Assembly (NCBI GenBank): GCA_009914755.4
Contig: CP068257.2
Span: 36,704,001-36,768,000 of the forward strand
Source of the DNA: the human T2T-CHM13v2.0 reference genome, Homo sapiens
Length of the DNA: 64,000 nucleotides
Direction: 5' to 3'
Part shown: in pieces, positions 51,001 through 63,332 of the stretch
Layout of the letters: each line of letters begins with the position of its first letter
Numbering within the stretch: the first letter of the stretch is position 1
The notes under the pieces: generated by a model
The model's input: the letters and a program-made list of their open reading frames with translations, nothing else
Database searches by the model: none
What the model was told of the DNA's origin: nothing
Position numbers and translations under genes: made by a program

Positions 51001-52400
51001 ATGCTTAATTTTACTTTCTATATGTATTCAGATAATCATACTTTTTTCCTATAATGTTTTCATGTGGGGGATACATTAATTGATTTCCCGATATTAACCC
51101 AACTTTGCACTATTTTGATCAACCCACCTTGATCATGATATAATTTCTTTTTTATACATGGCTGAATTCTCCTTATGAATATTTGGTTAAAATTTTTGCA
51201 TCTTGCATTCATAAGAATAATTGGCCTTTTTTTGTACTGTTATTGTTTTTGGCATCAAAGTTATGTTAGCCTACAAATTTTAAAAATTTTATTGGGGAGT
51301 ATTATTCTTTTTTATATTCTCCACCATATTTTGGGAAATTTTGGACCTTAAATATTTGATTGACCTAACTGATGAAGCCATCTGACTTTAGCTTTCTTTG
51401 TGGGAAAAGCTATGACTATGAATTCAGTTTCTTTAATGGCTGTAAGATCATTCAGGTTTTCTGTTTCTTCTTGTGTCAGTTTTGCTAGGTTTGTTTTCTA
51501 CACAAATTTATTCATTTAATATACTTTTCAAACAAATAGGCATAAAGTAGTTCACAACATCTTCTAATCATTTGAAAGTCTTTAGCAACCATAGACTTAT
51601 CCCCATTTTTATTCTTAATATTATCTGTCTTTTCTTTTTTAAAGTACTCTCACTAAAGACAAGATTTGTCCATTTTATTAATCTTTTAAAAAACTCCAAT
51701 TTTTATCTTTGTTGATTCTCTGTATTTTCAGTTGTTCAATTTGTTAATTTCTGTTATGTTTATAATATCCCACTTCCTAATTGTTTTTATTTGTTTTTTG
51801 TTTGTTTTGCTGCCTTTTTGCCAACTTTTTAAAATGGATGCTTAGTTTACTAATTATCATCCTTTTTTTTCTATTTCAATATAAATATTTAGGACTATAA
51901 ATTTCTATTTGCTGTTTTAGCTGTATACCACAAATTTTATATGTATTTTATTATATTAAATCATATTGTCTAAATTACATTGTAATTTCTTTTTTGAAAC
52001 GTTAGTATATTTCCTAAGTAAATTTTTCTACTTAACTTTTAATTGACATCTAGCATAATTACTTTAGGTCTGAGTAGGTATTATATTATTTTAGTCATTT
52101 AAATGTGTTGTGATTTTCTTTATAAACCTATTCATGGTAAATTTGTAAAAATGATTCATGTGTAAGAATTTGTATTTTTTAGTTGTTGGGAGCAGTACTC
52201 TAACCCCATTAAGTCAAGTTTGTTAATCTTCCATTTCTTGTTTTTTTTTTCACCTGTTTTATCAATAGCTCACACAACTATATTAAAAAGTAGGTATGAA
52301 TGTAGTGCAAGAAATTATTTTCTTCTTGTTATAAAATCAAAATGAAATTGACTCCACCAAGAATTGGTGAGAATTTTGAATATTTTAATGTCATCATCAT
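48024..52400 (-). mobile_element. L1 LINE block in complement orientation. 48024-~50250 is a well-preserved L1 3' UTR/ORF2 3' portion with poly(A) (seen as a T-run at 48024-48032). ~50250-52400 is more diverged ORF2-derived sequence of an older L1 subfamily (one older element, or young-into-old nesting).
   Basis: tttttttattaactttaattttgagttcaggggtacaagtgcaggtttattacatagataaacttgtgtcatgggtgtttgttgtccagactatttcatcac...ctcccacttataagtgagaacatacggtatttggttttctgttcctg...ttatccagtctatcattgatgggcatttaggctgatt... is the reverse complement of the L1 3' end. Further in: ccaaacctatgttgaatagtaagc (cf. ccaatactatgttgaatagg), ttggcatcaaagttatgttagcctacaaa, ttcaatttgttaatttctgt. The ORF 48250..48441(-) matches the L1 ORF2 C-terminus. 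Confidence 0.85.
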
Positions 52401-52984
52401 TGTGAGTTCTGCTCTATCCATAGATCCTGGAAGCAAAAGTCTTCTGGTCCTCAGTGCACACTCTTTGCTCCAAACCCTATAGGTTGTGGTTTCAGTGTCA
52501 AGTAAAGGTACAGGGATCCCTGATGGGGCTAGAATCTGCATAACCAAGGCTTCAGCTCCCTGGCAGAGCCACACTCTGAATTCCTGTAAGTATCCAGGAC
52601 TTAAACATTCATAATGGTCTAGGTCCCCATTGCTTGTGAATCCTATAGACTCTAATCTTTTCCCATTAATGGGATAACTTCTCCCAACATCTCTCTCGTT
52701 TTGCTACTCTTCTTATTGTTTCCTTTTACATTTTGTTTTCAAAAATTTCCCCAAGAACTTTGAGAAGTTCAATTTAAACTACTCTACCTTGGGCTTGAGG
52801 GTGGAGGAATGAGATGCTGAGACGTAAGATCTGGTAATAATGCCTACAATAGGCATATTTCCCTCCACAGAAAGGTCAGTACCTCTGTAAATATACAAAC
52901 CAACTGCCTGGCTTCCTGTTTTTTTCTGTATCACGTTCTTGTAGTACCATTGAGAAAGTAGCACTGGGAGGTTGAAAATGTACC

Positions 52985-53240
52985 TGGCTAGCATCCAAGT
53001 CCTGGGTCTGAGTTCAAGCTCTGCTTTTCACTAGCTACATGTTTTAAGATGTATATTACCATCTTGGAGTCTCTACTTCTCATCTTCAAATGGGGACAGG
53101 AATTCTGCAAGACTCTGAGGTCTACAAAGTCAGGGCCTGTGTTCTATTTCTTTTTGTATTCCTTGGGCCTAATTCCACATCTACTATTGTAGATCAAATC
53201 TTTGTTGTGAATGAAAGAATAAATAAATTTCTGTCTTCAA
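52985..53240 (+). mobile_element. MIR SINE (fairly complete)
   Basis: gctagcatccaagtcctgggtctgagttcaagctctgcttttcactagctacatgttttaagatgtatattaccatcttggagtctctacttctcatcttcaaatggggacaggaattctgcaagactctgaggtctacaaagtcagggcctgtgttctatttc. Confidence 0.7.
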
Positions 53241-56200
53241 GATTTTTTGCTATGATGAACTGAGACAGCACATGAGTAAGCTCTTTGTAAACTATTTTTT
53301 TTAAGCACATGAAAAATGTATATTGTTATTGTCACCTTTCTATTATATTTCACAGCAATGTGAGATATCCTCAAATATGCTTTTACATCCCTCATCCTCA
53401 AATGTTTAGATCATCCCCCAATATTTACATATTTTTCAGCAATTGTTTAATATAATCTCTACCCAAGGAAGAGATAGAAGCCACTTGAAAAAAAGTCTTA
53501 GGGACATCTCCCAAAACTGCTTATTATTTGAATGGCTTATATTTTAAAATGTGTGCAGCCAATTTTTCGCTCTCTTGTGCTCCAACCCTTCTTCATACCA
53601 CAGGCTGTGGGCGTCTGCCCCACAGACCCTGACCCAATGACAGATGAATAATGTACACTGACACACAGATATTCTGCTTTGCCAGTCCAGCTAAGTGTCT
53701 CAGCTGCTTACAGACTCCCTGGAGAGTACTGTAAACAGTTGTCGACCAGCTAGTGAGACTTACATTTATTTGGTAAAGATTAATTGACAAAGGCTCGAGT
53801 CAACACCACTACAGGGTAATTGACAATGTGGACTTCCCGAGTAGAAAGCAATTAAGCACCTGTGGTAAATCAAAGGTTAGTCTTAAGACCACATGAGTAA
53901 ACAAGCTAGCTAGAAAAACTCTCCACATTCCTTTGTTACTACTTTAATATATTTAACTAAAGGTAAAGGGACCAGGCCACCTTCAGCCAGATCTATTACC
54001 GAAGTTATGCAAACTCTCAGGCCTTCCAAGAGAGTCTGTGGCTGTTACTATAACCATCTTTAATATTTTTCCCACCAGCCTGATTGAACCCCTACAACAG
54101 ACTATGGTAGGTCAGACCCAGAAGTGCCATGACTTTTCAGACATGGTCCACAGGTGTAGCAAGATGCCCCAAGCCCCACTCCTCAGTATTTTTTGGTTCA
54201 TTAAATACAAAAAATGAACGTTGTACTTGGCCTTATATTGTTTTTTAAACCACAGACTGCTTGGGTTTTGTTTTGTTTTGTTTCCATCACTAGTATGTTT
54301 TGCTCCTGAAGATTGTTTTCTGACCCCATGCCTTTGCTCAAGAAAAGAAAAAATTCCCTGCCTGGAATGCATTCTATTCATCAAAACCCTTCCCTTTCTG
54401 AAATATCACCTCCTTCAATAAGCCTTTCCTGCTCAGCCCACTATATGAGTATGAGTATCCTCATACTCAGAAGCAGCTCACACATGCTAAGCTGCCCTAC
54501 TCCAATTAAGAAGAAAATACTAACACAGCATCTATAGCTTTCATTCAAGGAAGGCTGAGTACTTGTTAAGATCATTTTTTCTAAGTTCACTTAGCTGTTA
54601 AAGCAGCAAGGGCAGGATTTGGATCAGGTTCTGTTTGGTTCCAAACCCACCATGAGGAGCCACTGTGCTGTTTTACCTCTGAGAAAGACCTGACTTAAAA
54701 CCCGACCTCTATGTTATGAGAGTCAGGCTCCTAGGATGGGGAACCACGATAGGTGCATGCATGTCTTGTCTTGCATTAGAGATTTTTATGTACATTTTCC
54801 CTTTCTAGATTATAATCTCTCCAAGGGCAAGAACTCCCTAACACCTTTCTGTACCTCTTACATCATTGTGACATCAAAGATTCTTAGCAAATGCTTGTTA
54901 AGTAAATGAGAGCAGACATTCTTGCTCCCCACTGATTTTATCTTGGATGCTAATAATACAGTAACCTTATTTCCAAAAACCATTCCCACAGAGCCCGACA
55001 CACCGTGGAACAAAAACTGAGAATTGGATTGAAGAACTGGATTGAGAAAAGGAAACACTTTGGTGAAATCACAACCTGTAAACAGACCTCAAAACATAGT
55101 GTTCACTCAACTGAAGCTGAACGTTCTATAGCCTGGGTTCATTTGGCTTGATTGCGCATCACTTGTTTACTTGGTGTGTATAACACTCCACAGGAGTCAC
55201 AGGGTCCTTTTATAGGCATCTCTGGTCTGTTGTGGGCCCCGGGTAGTCATAGTCCCACTGTCTTGCTCATTATCCTCCTGCACCCCCAACACAACTGGAC
55301 ATCACACACTAACTTAACAATTCAGCCTCCTTCCAACTGTCTTACCCCTTCTATCTAGTTTCTTCCTGCCTTAATTAACTTCCTAGCATCATATGAATAA
55401 TCATTTGTTTGTTTGCTCATCCTATTGTGGTTGCCCATCCTATGATCTTAACAAGTACTCAGCCTTCCTTGAATGAAAGCTATAGACCCTCTGTTAGTAT
55501 TTTCTTTTTAATTGGGGTAGGGTGGCTTAGTGAACATGGACCTGACAGTGTTGGTTTAAAATCCAGTGACCATTGCATAGTTCCACTTTAAAATGCCCTA
55601 TGTCACATTAGTGTGAATGCACAGAGGCACAGACAGGCCCAGGGTCTCAGGTTAGAAAATATGATGAGGGGAGGGGTTTCTTCTAAAGAGAACTGTGGAA
55701 TTGTCGGATGTGAATCTGGGCCTGTTGTTCGTTTCTCGCTATGCATGTTTCCATGGGACGGACACTCAGTTGTTACTCTCGCTCTCTCCCACCACTTCCG
55801 CTCTCTTTCACAGGAAGAGGCGGGTCCTACCCTGATGGAAACCGGTTCTGGTCTCTGTCCAATGGGAGTCGCTTCCTGTCCTGCACCTTCCCAACCACAT
55901 CAGTGAAAGGGTGGAAGTGCTGGTCTGCCCACTGCAGGCTTAACCCATGTTCTTCCTACTAGGAAAGGGACGTTTCCATTTTCATCCACCTGACTCCCGA
56001 GTTGGTTGCAAAGATAGAAGAAAGGAACAGCCATTTATTCTCCTGGAGGCAGGCCCTGCCGGACTTGAGAGGGCCTTTCCTCTGACCCTAAGCATCAGAG
56101 CGGATGGAGACAGAAAATCCTGAGGCCGCTGTATGGTGGGTCTCTTCACAGCCATGGGGCCCAGCCCCACTCGCCTCCACCAGGTTATGGCCCAGCAGCT

Positions 56201-56489
56201 GGGACTCCGTCCAGAAGAGCACCTGCAGCACGTATCCTGTGTTCTCCATCAAAGCGGCCTGGAGTCCGCCTGCGTCCCCAGCAAGCAGCACTCCCGCCCT
56301 AAAACCAAAGGGCGCAGCAAGGAAATGGGAGGGCTGCGCTTTGCTTCCTGTCTGATAACTACCAACAACCGGGCTTCTGCCCAGCATAGCTAGATAAGGG
56401 GAGGGCACTCCATTTGACATGCCCTGAAGACTGTCCAAGCGATGGCTTAGGAAGGCCATTCCAATTTCAAGTCCTGAAAGCTGTAAGAT

Positions 56490-56650
56490 TTTTCTGTGAC
56501 TTAGAGTGATTTATAACATAGTTTAACCTCTCAAAGCTTCACATCTGTAAAATATGGATAAAACTATCTCAAAGCGGTATTGTGCAAGTTAAATGAAAAA
56601 GATAGTGTATGCACATTGTTTGGCACTAAGCTATTATTATTATCAAAAGT
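56490..56650 (+). mobile_element. MIR SINE fragment (core to 3' end)
   Basis: tgacttagagtgatttataacatagtttaacctctcaaagcttcacatctgtaaaatatggataaaactatctcaaagcggtattgtgcaagttaaatgaaaaagatagtgtatgcacattgtttggcactaagctattattattat. Confidence 0.65.
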
Positions 56651-59163
56651 AGTAGCAATTAGTATTATTGTTTAAAGGAGAAAATGATATCCATTGGGAG
56701 GCTCCTCTTTGGACCTGAAAGCTTAATATCTGGAATTACTTAGAACTGGAATGCCAGCCTCCGCCTCCTGCCAGCAGCCTGCTGCCAATTCTGATGAGAC
56801 AGCTTAGAAACCATTGCCCTGATGCCATAGAAAAGAAGAGGACAGCTAGCCTTTTCCTTTCTCTTCACCCTTAATTTAAAAAGGTTGGGCAAGTTACACA
56901 TCCACCCACCTCCAAACCTTTCAAACAAGTTTCAGTTATATTCTTGCCGAGTAGAAAAACCAAAAATTAATAAGAGACCTTACTTAAAATAAAAAGTTGT
57001 TAACATCTTGATACATCCTGGCTTTCCAGTTAAGAGACTTTACAGAATGGTTCGTGACTTCTACACCAAATTCTTTCTTGTATATTTTGTCTACACCCCA
57101 CCCCTTCCTTAGCCTCAACCTCATGAGTGCAAATGGAAATCAGCCCTGGCTCCTGGCATCCCACGACGACTTGGAGGTGGAAATTGTTAGTCTGGAGTGG
57201 GATTGAGGGCCCCTGAGGCAGACTGACACTCTTTCAGCTGATGCATGTCTAATGCTGAGCAGGCTGTGACCAACCACCCTCAGGACATGTTTTTATGCAA
57301 GTGTGCTGTAGGGGGTGGTCTTCCTCATAAGTGAGAAAACATGAAAGCAAAGTTCATTTATCCCATCAGTTGGCTGCTTCTCACCATTCACCTGGGCCCT
57401 GCAGTGCTGAGAAAATAGGATGTATTTTAATCTCCAAGCAGACTGGACTCCAATCAATTTAGAGACACAGAGCCACAACATAATTCAATTTGGGGTGATT
57501 CCACTGTCTCTGTAATGTCTAAAGCCCTAATGTACTGCTGACTCTTAGGACAAACTGGCACTGATCAAGAGTGAGGCCACTAAGCCATCACTGATTTCAG
57601 ACTCTCACCCCTGACTTTCTATGTATGGACAACACTTAATATTTCACAGAACCCAAGTTGCACTGGACCGAAGAAGACCTAAATAGCCATGTAGTCCATG
57701 TGCTGCCAAACACCTGGCAAATAGTTGCATGGTTGTTAAATAAGCACACCTCATATCCAGGAACTCCTGGACAAAGGCTGACCATTCCATCTGGACCTCC
57801 TCCAACTTCTAAAAAGCTTTCTCTTGAATTTGGCCAATGGGCATCCCTGCTGAGCCCACCTTTAGTCCAGATGTTACCTTTCTGGATGTTCATTCATGCA
57901 TATAGCTGCAAACGTTTTCCAACAGCTTGATATTGCTAGGCACTGTGCTGGGTCCTGAATCAATGGGTGATAAGGGTAATCCCACTTTCAGCAGAGACAC
58001 TGACAGCCCCTACTTGACATGGTCCTGGGTTCTCTCATTCCCCTTGTCTCTCCCCACTGAACCTGCACTAACTGTCCTATGTCCCTCTTTAAGTGTAGGC
58101 CCAGAATTGATGTTGCAGTCTAATGTATAACAAATAAGTCCTCGTTTGTGACCTGTTTCAGAAAATGCAACCTAAGATTGGGCAGTCATGTCACCTTCCC
58201 GTTTAATTTTCTGTCCATATGAGGCAAAATAGCTTAAGATTAAGAAAAAGCTTTTGGAATTAACTAGCCCTGGAACAAGCATTTGTTGCACCTCTTACGC
58301 TGCAGAGCTGGGCAAATTGTTCAATCTGTCAAGACATTTTTTTAAGTGTACCGTAGGGGCAGTTGGAAGGAGTAATGAGGCAGTGTGTATACAGCACCTG
58401 ACCTAGTCATGGCTCATTAAAAGCTGCTATTCTACATCTCATTGCTGTCATCTCCAAAACGCTGAAGTCTTTTCACATGTGCTGCTGCTCCATCAAACTC
58501 CCAGATGTTTTGGGGAGGACTGGATGGAGGTCCTAACACCTTCAAGATCTAACCCGTCACCTCAGCCTGTTCTTTGGCATCCTGGATGTGTCACATAACC
58601 TATTGTCATCTCAGCCCCATGGCATTTGGAGCTGAGATCAGGATAGCTTCTGTATCCTCATCTGAGTAAAGTATGACCAAGTAAGTTCAAGGGCCGCAGC
58701 CTGGGGTTTAATCCTGCGACCTCCCTTCTAGACGAGCATCCATTTTTTAATTAGTACTGTTTGGCTGTGCTTATTCAATGAGTCATGAGTCATAAACTTG
58801 TAACATCTCCAGATTGTTTTATGAAGTCATATCAGGATGAAATTCTGCCTACCTACTATTTCTGTATTATCTTCTTTAGGAAACATGCCATGTGGCTACA
58901 GAACATGAAAAAACCATTTTTTTTTTCCATAAAGTTTCTACATATAACATGCTTCCTGCAGAAGTTTGTAATTCACATATTCTAGCACTAATTATAATCA
59001 GGTAATATTATGACTTTCTCCAACAGAATAATAGTTTAACATTTTTTTGTGAGAAGATAATGATGTTTTACTCAGTAAAATGAGTTTAAAATTACAAGTT
59101 AGAAAAGTTTATCTAGTTGTTTCTATATAGCATTAATCTGGGCTGCTTTGTCAAAAATTTATT

Positions 59164-59392
59164 TTATTTTTGAATCAGGGTGTCACTCTGTCACCCAGGC
59201 TAGTGGCGTGATCACAGCTCACTGCAGCCTTGAACTCCTGGGACTGCAGTTGTGCACCACCATGCCCGGCTTTTTGTATTTATTTATTTTTTTGTAGAGA
59301 CTGGGTACTCTCATGTTGCCCAGGCTGGTCCCGGGCTCAAGCGATCCACCCGCCTCTGTCCTTCAAAGTGTTGGGATTACAGGTGTGAGTCA
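59164..59392 (-). mobile_element. Alu SINE (older, shortened; complement orientation) immediately downstream of the ERG poly(A) region
   Basis: Reverse-complement Alu hallmarks: gtcacccaggctagtggcgtgatc...cactgcagcc...ctcctgggactgcag...caccatgcccggcttttt...tgttgcccaggctggtc...caagcgatccacccgcctc...gtgttgggattacaggtgtgag. Confidence 0.8.
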
Positions 59393-59454
59393 ACAAGATT
59401 TCTTTAAACCAAGGTTAAAACATAAAAAGAAGGCACAGAATTTGGTGTATTTTT

Positions 59455-62400
59455 GAGTAGTCCAAAGTAATTTTTATTCTCTAATTAGTCACCTCACGAC
59501 TTTATTTGAATGAATTAATGAGAAGCTAAATAAACTAGCTTTTTAAAAAATATTTTCTTCTCTTTCTCCAGGCAATGGGTCACTTTGGGGCGCTGCAGAA
59601 CATCTGTGCTTTCCCTGTGCCCCATCACCTTCCCAGCTCCTGAGCTGTAGCCATCTCTGCTGCACCTGCTGTCAGAGGGCAGCTCCTCCGGCTCCTGCTC
59701 CTGGGTTGCAGGTGCCACATCTGTGCAGAAGGCTTAGGAGAAGCAGTGAGCCTTCTAACTGCAGCAGTCCTGACAAAGCACTTTGTGAACCCCTCCGGGA
59801 CATAAGGGCATCAAACTAGGAACAAAAACACAGTCTTGACTGTGATTTGGTGATTTTACCACATACAAGGCCCGAAAGCCAATTGAAGACAAGAAAAGAA
59901 GACAAATCTCTTGCCAGCAGGAGTAAGATTGTACAGGAGTCTGAGTATACATCAGGGCAAGCCAAGAGACAGGGACAAACAGAGAGAAAAGGTTCATGCA
60001 ATTATGAATATGACCTGGAGGGGGCTTTGGAATTAGATTACAACAGTAACAGAGAGTTAATGCCATTTTGAAACAATTTAAGAATTATGTATTTGAAGGA
60101 ACTCAGTATTATCATGTTATCCAAAATTATCCCAGTTGCTCATAAGACTTGCTAATAACCTGGATTGGGGGTGGAGGGTTGAGGGATCTAATGGAAAACA
60201 TCTGTTAAAATTGGATAATCATGTCTTGTTTTTATGATCTTGCTCATGAGACAGTCTTGAAGAGAGAACTGAGTGATTATCCAAGTAAATGTGTATTTCT
60301 ATGAAGAATGTAGGTGTGTCTTGACTTTGCATTCCAAAATAAAAATGACTGATCTTTTCCATTAGCACAGTTTGGGTCAGCCTAACTGCCAGCTTTCATG
60401 ATTGTATTTATTTATTTTCCCTAAGGAGATACGGGCACTTTGTGGGCCTTCCCAGGCTGCTGCAAAATGATGGATGGTTGGGCTCCGTCTAATCCAAATG
60501 ACACGGGGTGTCAGGAGCATTGGTAATCGTGTCCTGCCGACTTCAAAGCCCACTGCCAAAACATCCACAGCACAGAGGTTTGGCAACTTCACATAATCAT
60601 AGCAAAAGGACTGCAACGTGAAAAAAACAGGCCCTGAAACAGCTATGAAAAGGGCCAGTTCAGAAACCTATTCAGCTAAGATGTTTCGGCTAGCGCCTTC
60701 GCACGGTCACCTTGTATTTTCACCTTTTGAGTTGCCTTCACCTGGACCAAGGTTGGCAGCATTTGTGATTCAAAGAAAAGATGCCCAGGGAAACTGACTC
60801 TAGATTATGGAAATAAACATTGTCTTCAAGGGATAGCCAGCAACATCAGGCTCAGGGCTAGCGAATCCCAAGCCACAGTGCCCAGGTAACTCTGATGTAG
60901 CAGGACTAAAGCTGTCTACCTAGTGAGAGCTCCTGAAAGAGAAACCCCGCAGCAAATCTAGACGTTATCCCTTGTTTCTGTAAAGTGAGAAATTGCAGCT
61001 ATCCATGACGCTTTATTTGCCAGTAATAATACAGTTTGCCTTACGAGTGGTAGCTTGTTCACTGTTCAACAAATGTATTTTAATCATAGCAGGAATTAAG
61101 GGTGATTTGTGACCAGGTGCTGAACTAGAATTTCTCAATGACAACCCCAGCTTCATAGGCCTCTTTCCATTCCAGGCATAAATATGGAGGCTCCAATGTG
61201 AAACCCGGGGTCCTTCTGTTCCAAAAGGGGCTAGAAATAAAAGACAGGAGGGGAGGCAAGAAGGACCTGGAGAGGCTGACGCCATTTGGGTGCCAAACAT
61301 CCTATTTCCTTGGCTCTCCCTTGCACAAGTTCCTGGACAAAGTAAATTATAACACAAAATCCACAACATTCAGCACATGTTTTCATTAAGCAACTTTAGT
61401 CACTAAAAAAAGTGCAAATGCAGACTCCTGTATAAATCTGATTTGCCATGCTAGGCCAAGCTTATTTTATTACATACATTCTGCATTCTAAGAACTAATA
61501 ACTTCATATTGTAAACATTAAGCATACAGAGTTAAAATTCAAGGCCACATTATATCGATTGTCTCTTTTGTCGTGTGTCTTTGGCTGGCCGAGATCAACT
61601 CGTAGTGTATAAATGCATAAGTTATATAATTATTATATAAAAAGGGGGAAAAACATTGACTTGTATACTTCATTCTGACAAACGCACAGCGTTCGCGACT
61701 CAAAGGAAAACTGGAGGCCGCCTACCCAAAATGCCTGCGTGATTTCTGATTGTGGCAGCCAAGAAGGCCATCTCTTACCTGACCCTGTGGAGAACAAAGC
61801 CCCCACATAATGATGAGGTCCTGAATGTTTCTCTTAAATATCAGACAATTCCAGTTAAAATTTTCATTTGACAAACAAAGAAAGAGATGCGCATTTTTGT
61901 TTCTGAATTCTACTACTTCCCCTTTCTCCATTACGCTGTGTCCTTTCTCCTAACACTGGGTTTGGTATAACACTGACTGCATGAACCCTCGAGTCTCCAT
62001 AACTCATTGTACACAGTCCCCAAATGTCCTGAGTCCAGTCTTCATTGCTTGAGAAGTTTCTTTCCCAGCCCTGGTCTCCTCCTTCTCTGCCTCTTCCTCC
62101 TCCTTCTTCACCCCTCTGTCTACAATCACACGCTCACTCTATACACATCCTCAGTCCCACCTTTTAGTTCATAGTCCCGGTAATACTGTAAAGGAGTTGG
62201 AAACTTTGGGTCATCTTCACAGTTTGAGAAAGCTGACAGCTGTCCATCAAACGGAATGTATTTGATTTCAACCAAAACAGCACATGCCATGCAGTTGCAT
62301 ATCAACGTCTGTTGATGGGCCACAGTCTCTCTCGTGTCTTTTCTCTTGTTTTTGATATGTTTCTATTTTTAAATACAGGTAGTTTTCCTTAAAATGGCAT

Positions 62401-62811
62401 TATAAACGGTATGTTAGGTCAAAACTGTGTTGTTTCTATTGCTTTAGTTTCATCCCAGTTTGCATTAGTGGGATTCCAAACTCTACTCTAAAGTTTATAC
62501 ATTTCTTAAGACCACTTTCTTTGGCACTTTGTCCTTAAGACTTCATGCTTCTACATACACTGTCTTTTACAAGGTCAGTCCACAGATGATATGTCCATAT
62601 TCGTGACATTTTTAGCATCCTCCTCATTTCTGTAGTAAGACTTCAGTAACTCCCTCCCAAGAGTCTTTGGATCTCTTCCCCGGCTTCCTTCCCCAGCCCC
62701 AGTAAAGCTTTTTTCATTCCTCTTGAGGCACTTTTGATTCATGTTCTCCGATAGAGTTTGTGGCGATGGGCTGGTGAATGCACGCTGATGGGAAAAGCCT
62801 CCGCCAGGTCT
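59455..62811 (-). other. ERG: ERG 3' untranslated region (about 3.3 kb), contiguous with the terminal exon
   Basis: The sequence continues uninterrupted downstream (mRNA sense) of the TAA at 62812. The first canonical AATAAA hexamers on the minus strand, followed by a repeat-free to Alu transition, lie at 59501-59506 and 59473-59478. The inferred length of ~3.3 kb fits my recollection of a ~5 kb ERG mRNA with a ~1.4 kb CDS. The exact cleavage site is not determinable from sequence alone. Confidence 0.6.
59473..59506 (-). terminator. ERG: Tandem polyadenylation signals (AATAAA x2, 28 nt apart) at the inferred end of the ERG transcript
   Basis: + strand tttatt at 59501-59506 and 59473-59478 is AATAAA on the minus strand. 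mRNA sense reads ...ttcAAATAAAgtcgtgaggtgactaattagagAATAAAaattactttggactactc, with T/GT-rich sequence downstream (lower coordinates). Confidence 0.5.
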
Positions 62812-63332
62812 TTAGTAGTAAGTGCCCAGATGAGAAGGCATATGGCTGGTGGGGAGCCTAGTGTTGGGGTATATACCCCCAGTTGGTGAATTCCAGTATG
62901 GGTTTGGGGCAGCAAAAAAACTGGAAGATGTCACGGGGAGGGCTGGAGGGTGGGGCGCCACAAAGTTCATCTTCTGTGGGTGGGCGTGATAGGAGCCCAT
63001 GTACGGGAGGTCTGAGGGGTACTTGTACAGAGATGACTCCGGGGGGTGGGGCTGGAGGGCCTGGGCGATCCCGTGGAAGTCGAACTTGTAGGCGTAGCGC
63101 TTCCCATGGACCTTGGTCATGATGTTCTTGTCATAGTAGTAACGGAGGGCGCGGCTGAGCTTATCGTAGTTCATGTTGGGTTTGCTCTTCCGCTCTCCCC
63201 AGCGCCGGGCCACCTCGTCGGGATCCGTCATCTTGAACTCCCCGTTGGTGCCTTCCCAGGTGATGCAGCTGGAGTTGGAGCTGTCCGACAGGAGCTCCAG
63301 GAGGAACTGCCAAAGCTGGATCTGGCCACTGC
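62812..63332 (-). CDS. ERG: ERG terminal coding exon: ETS DNA-binding domain plus C-terminal region, ending in stop codon (phase-1 exon; first codon G-GC completed by previous exon)
   Basis: Minus-strand translation reads [172 protein letters not shown]. This is the canonical ETS domain and the ERG-specific C-terminus (FLI1 ends ...VPSHLGSYY). The splice acceptor in mRNA sense is cctctcctgacctcattAG|GCAGTGGCCAG, with a polypyrimidine tract and AG at + coordinates 63333-63334. The stop TAA is the reverse complement of tta at 62812-62814. The six-frame ORF continues to 63621, but that part is intron read-through. Confidence 0.93.

Noticed and set aside
59755-61369. Several 60-118-aa ORFs inside the inferred ERG 3' UTR
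   Set aside because: They lie within a 3' UTR on both strands and lack any homology I can recall. Their length is consistent with chance in AT-moderate sequence.
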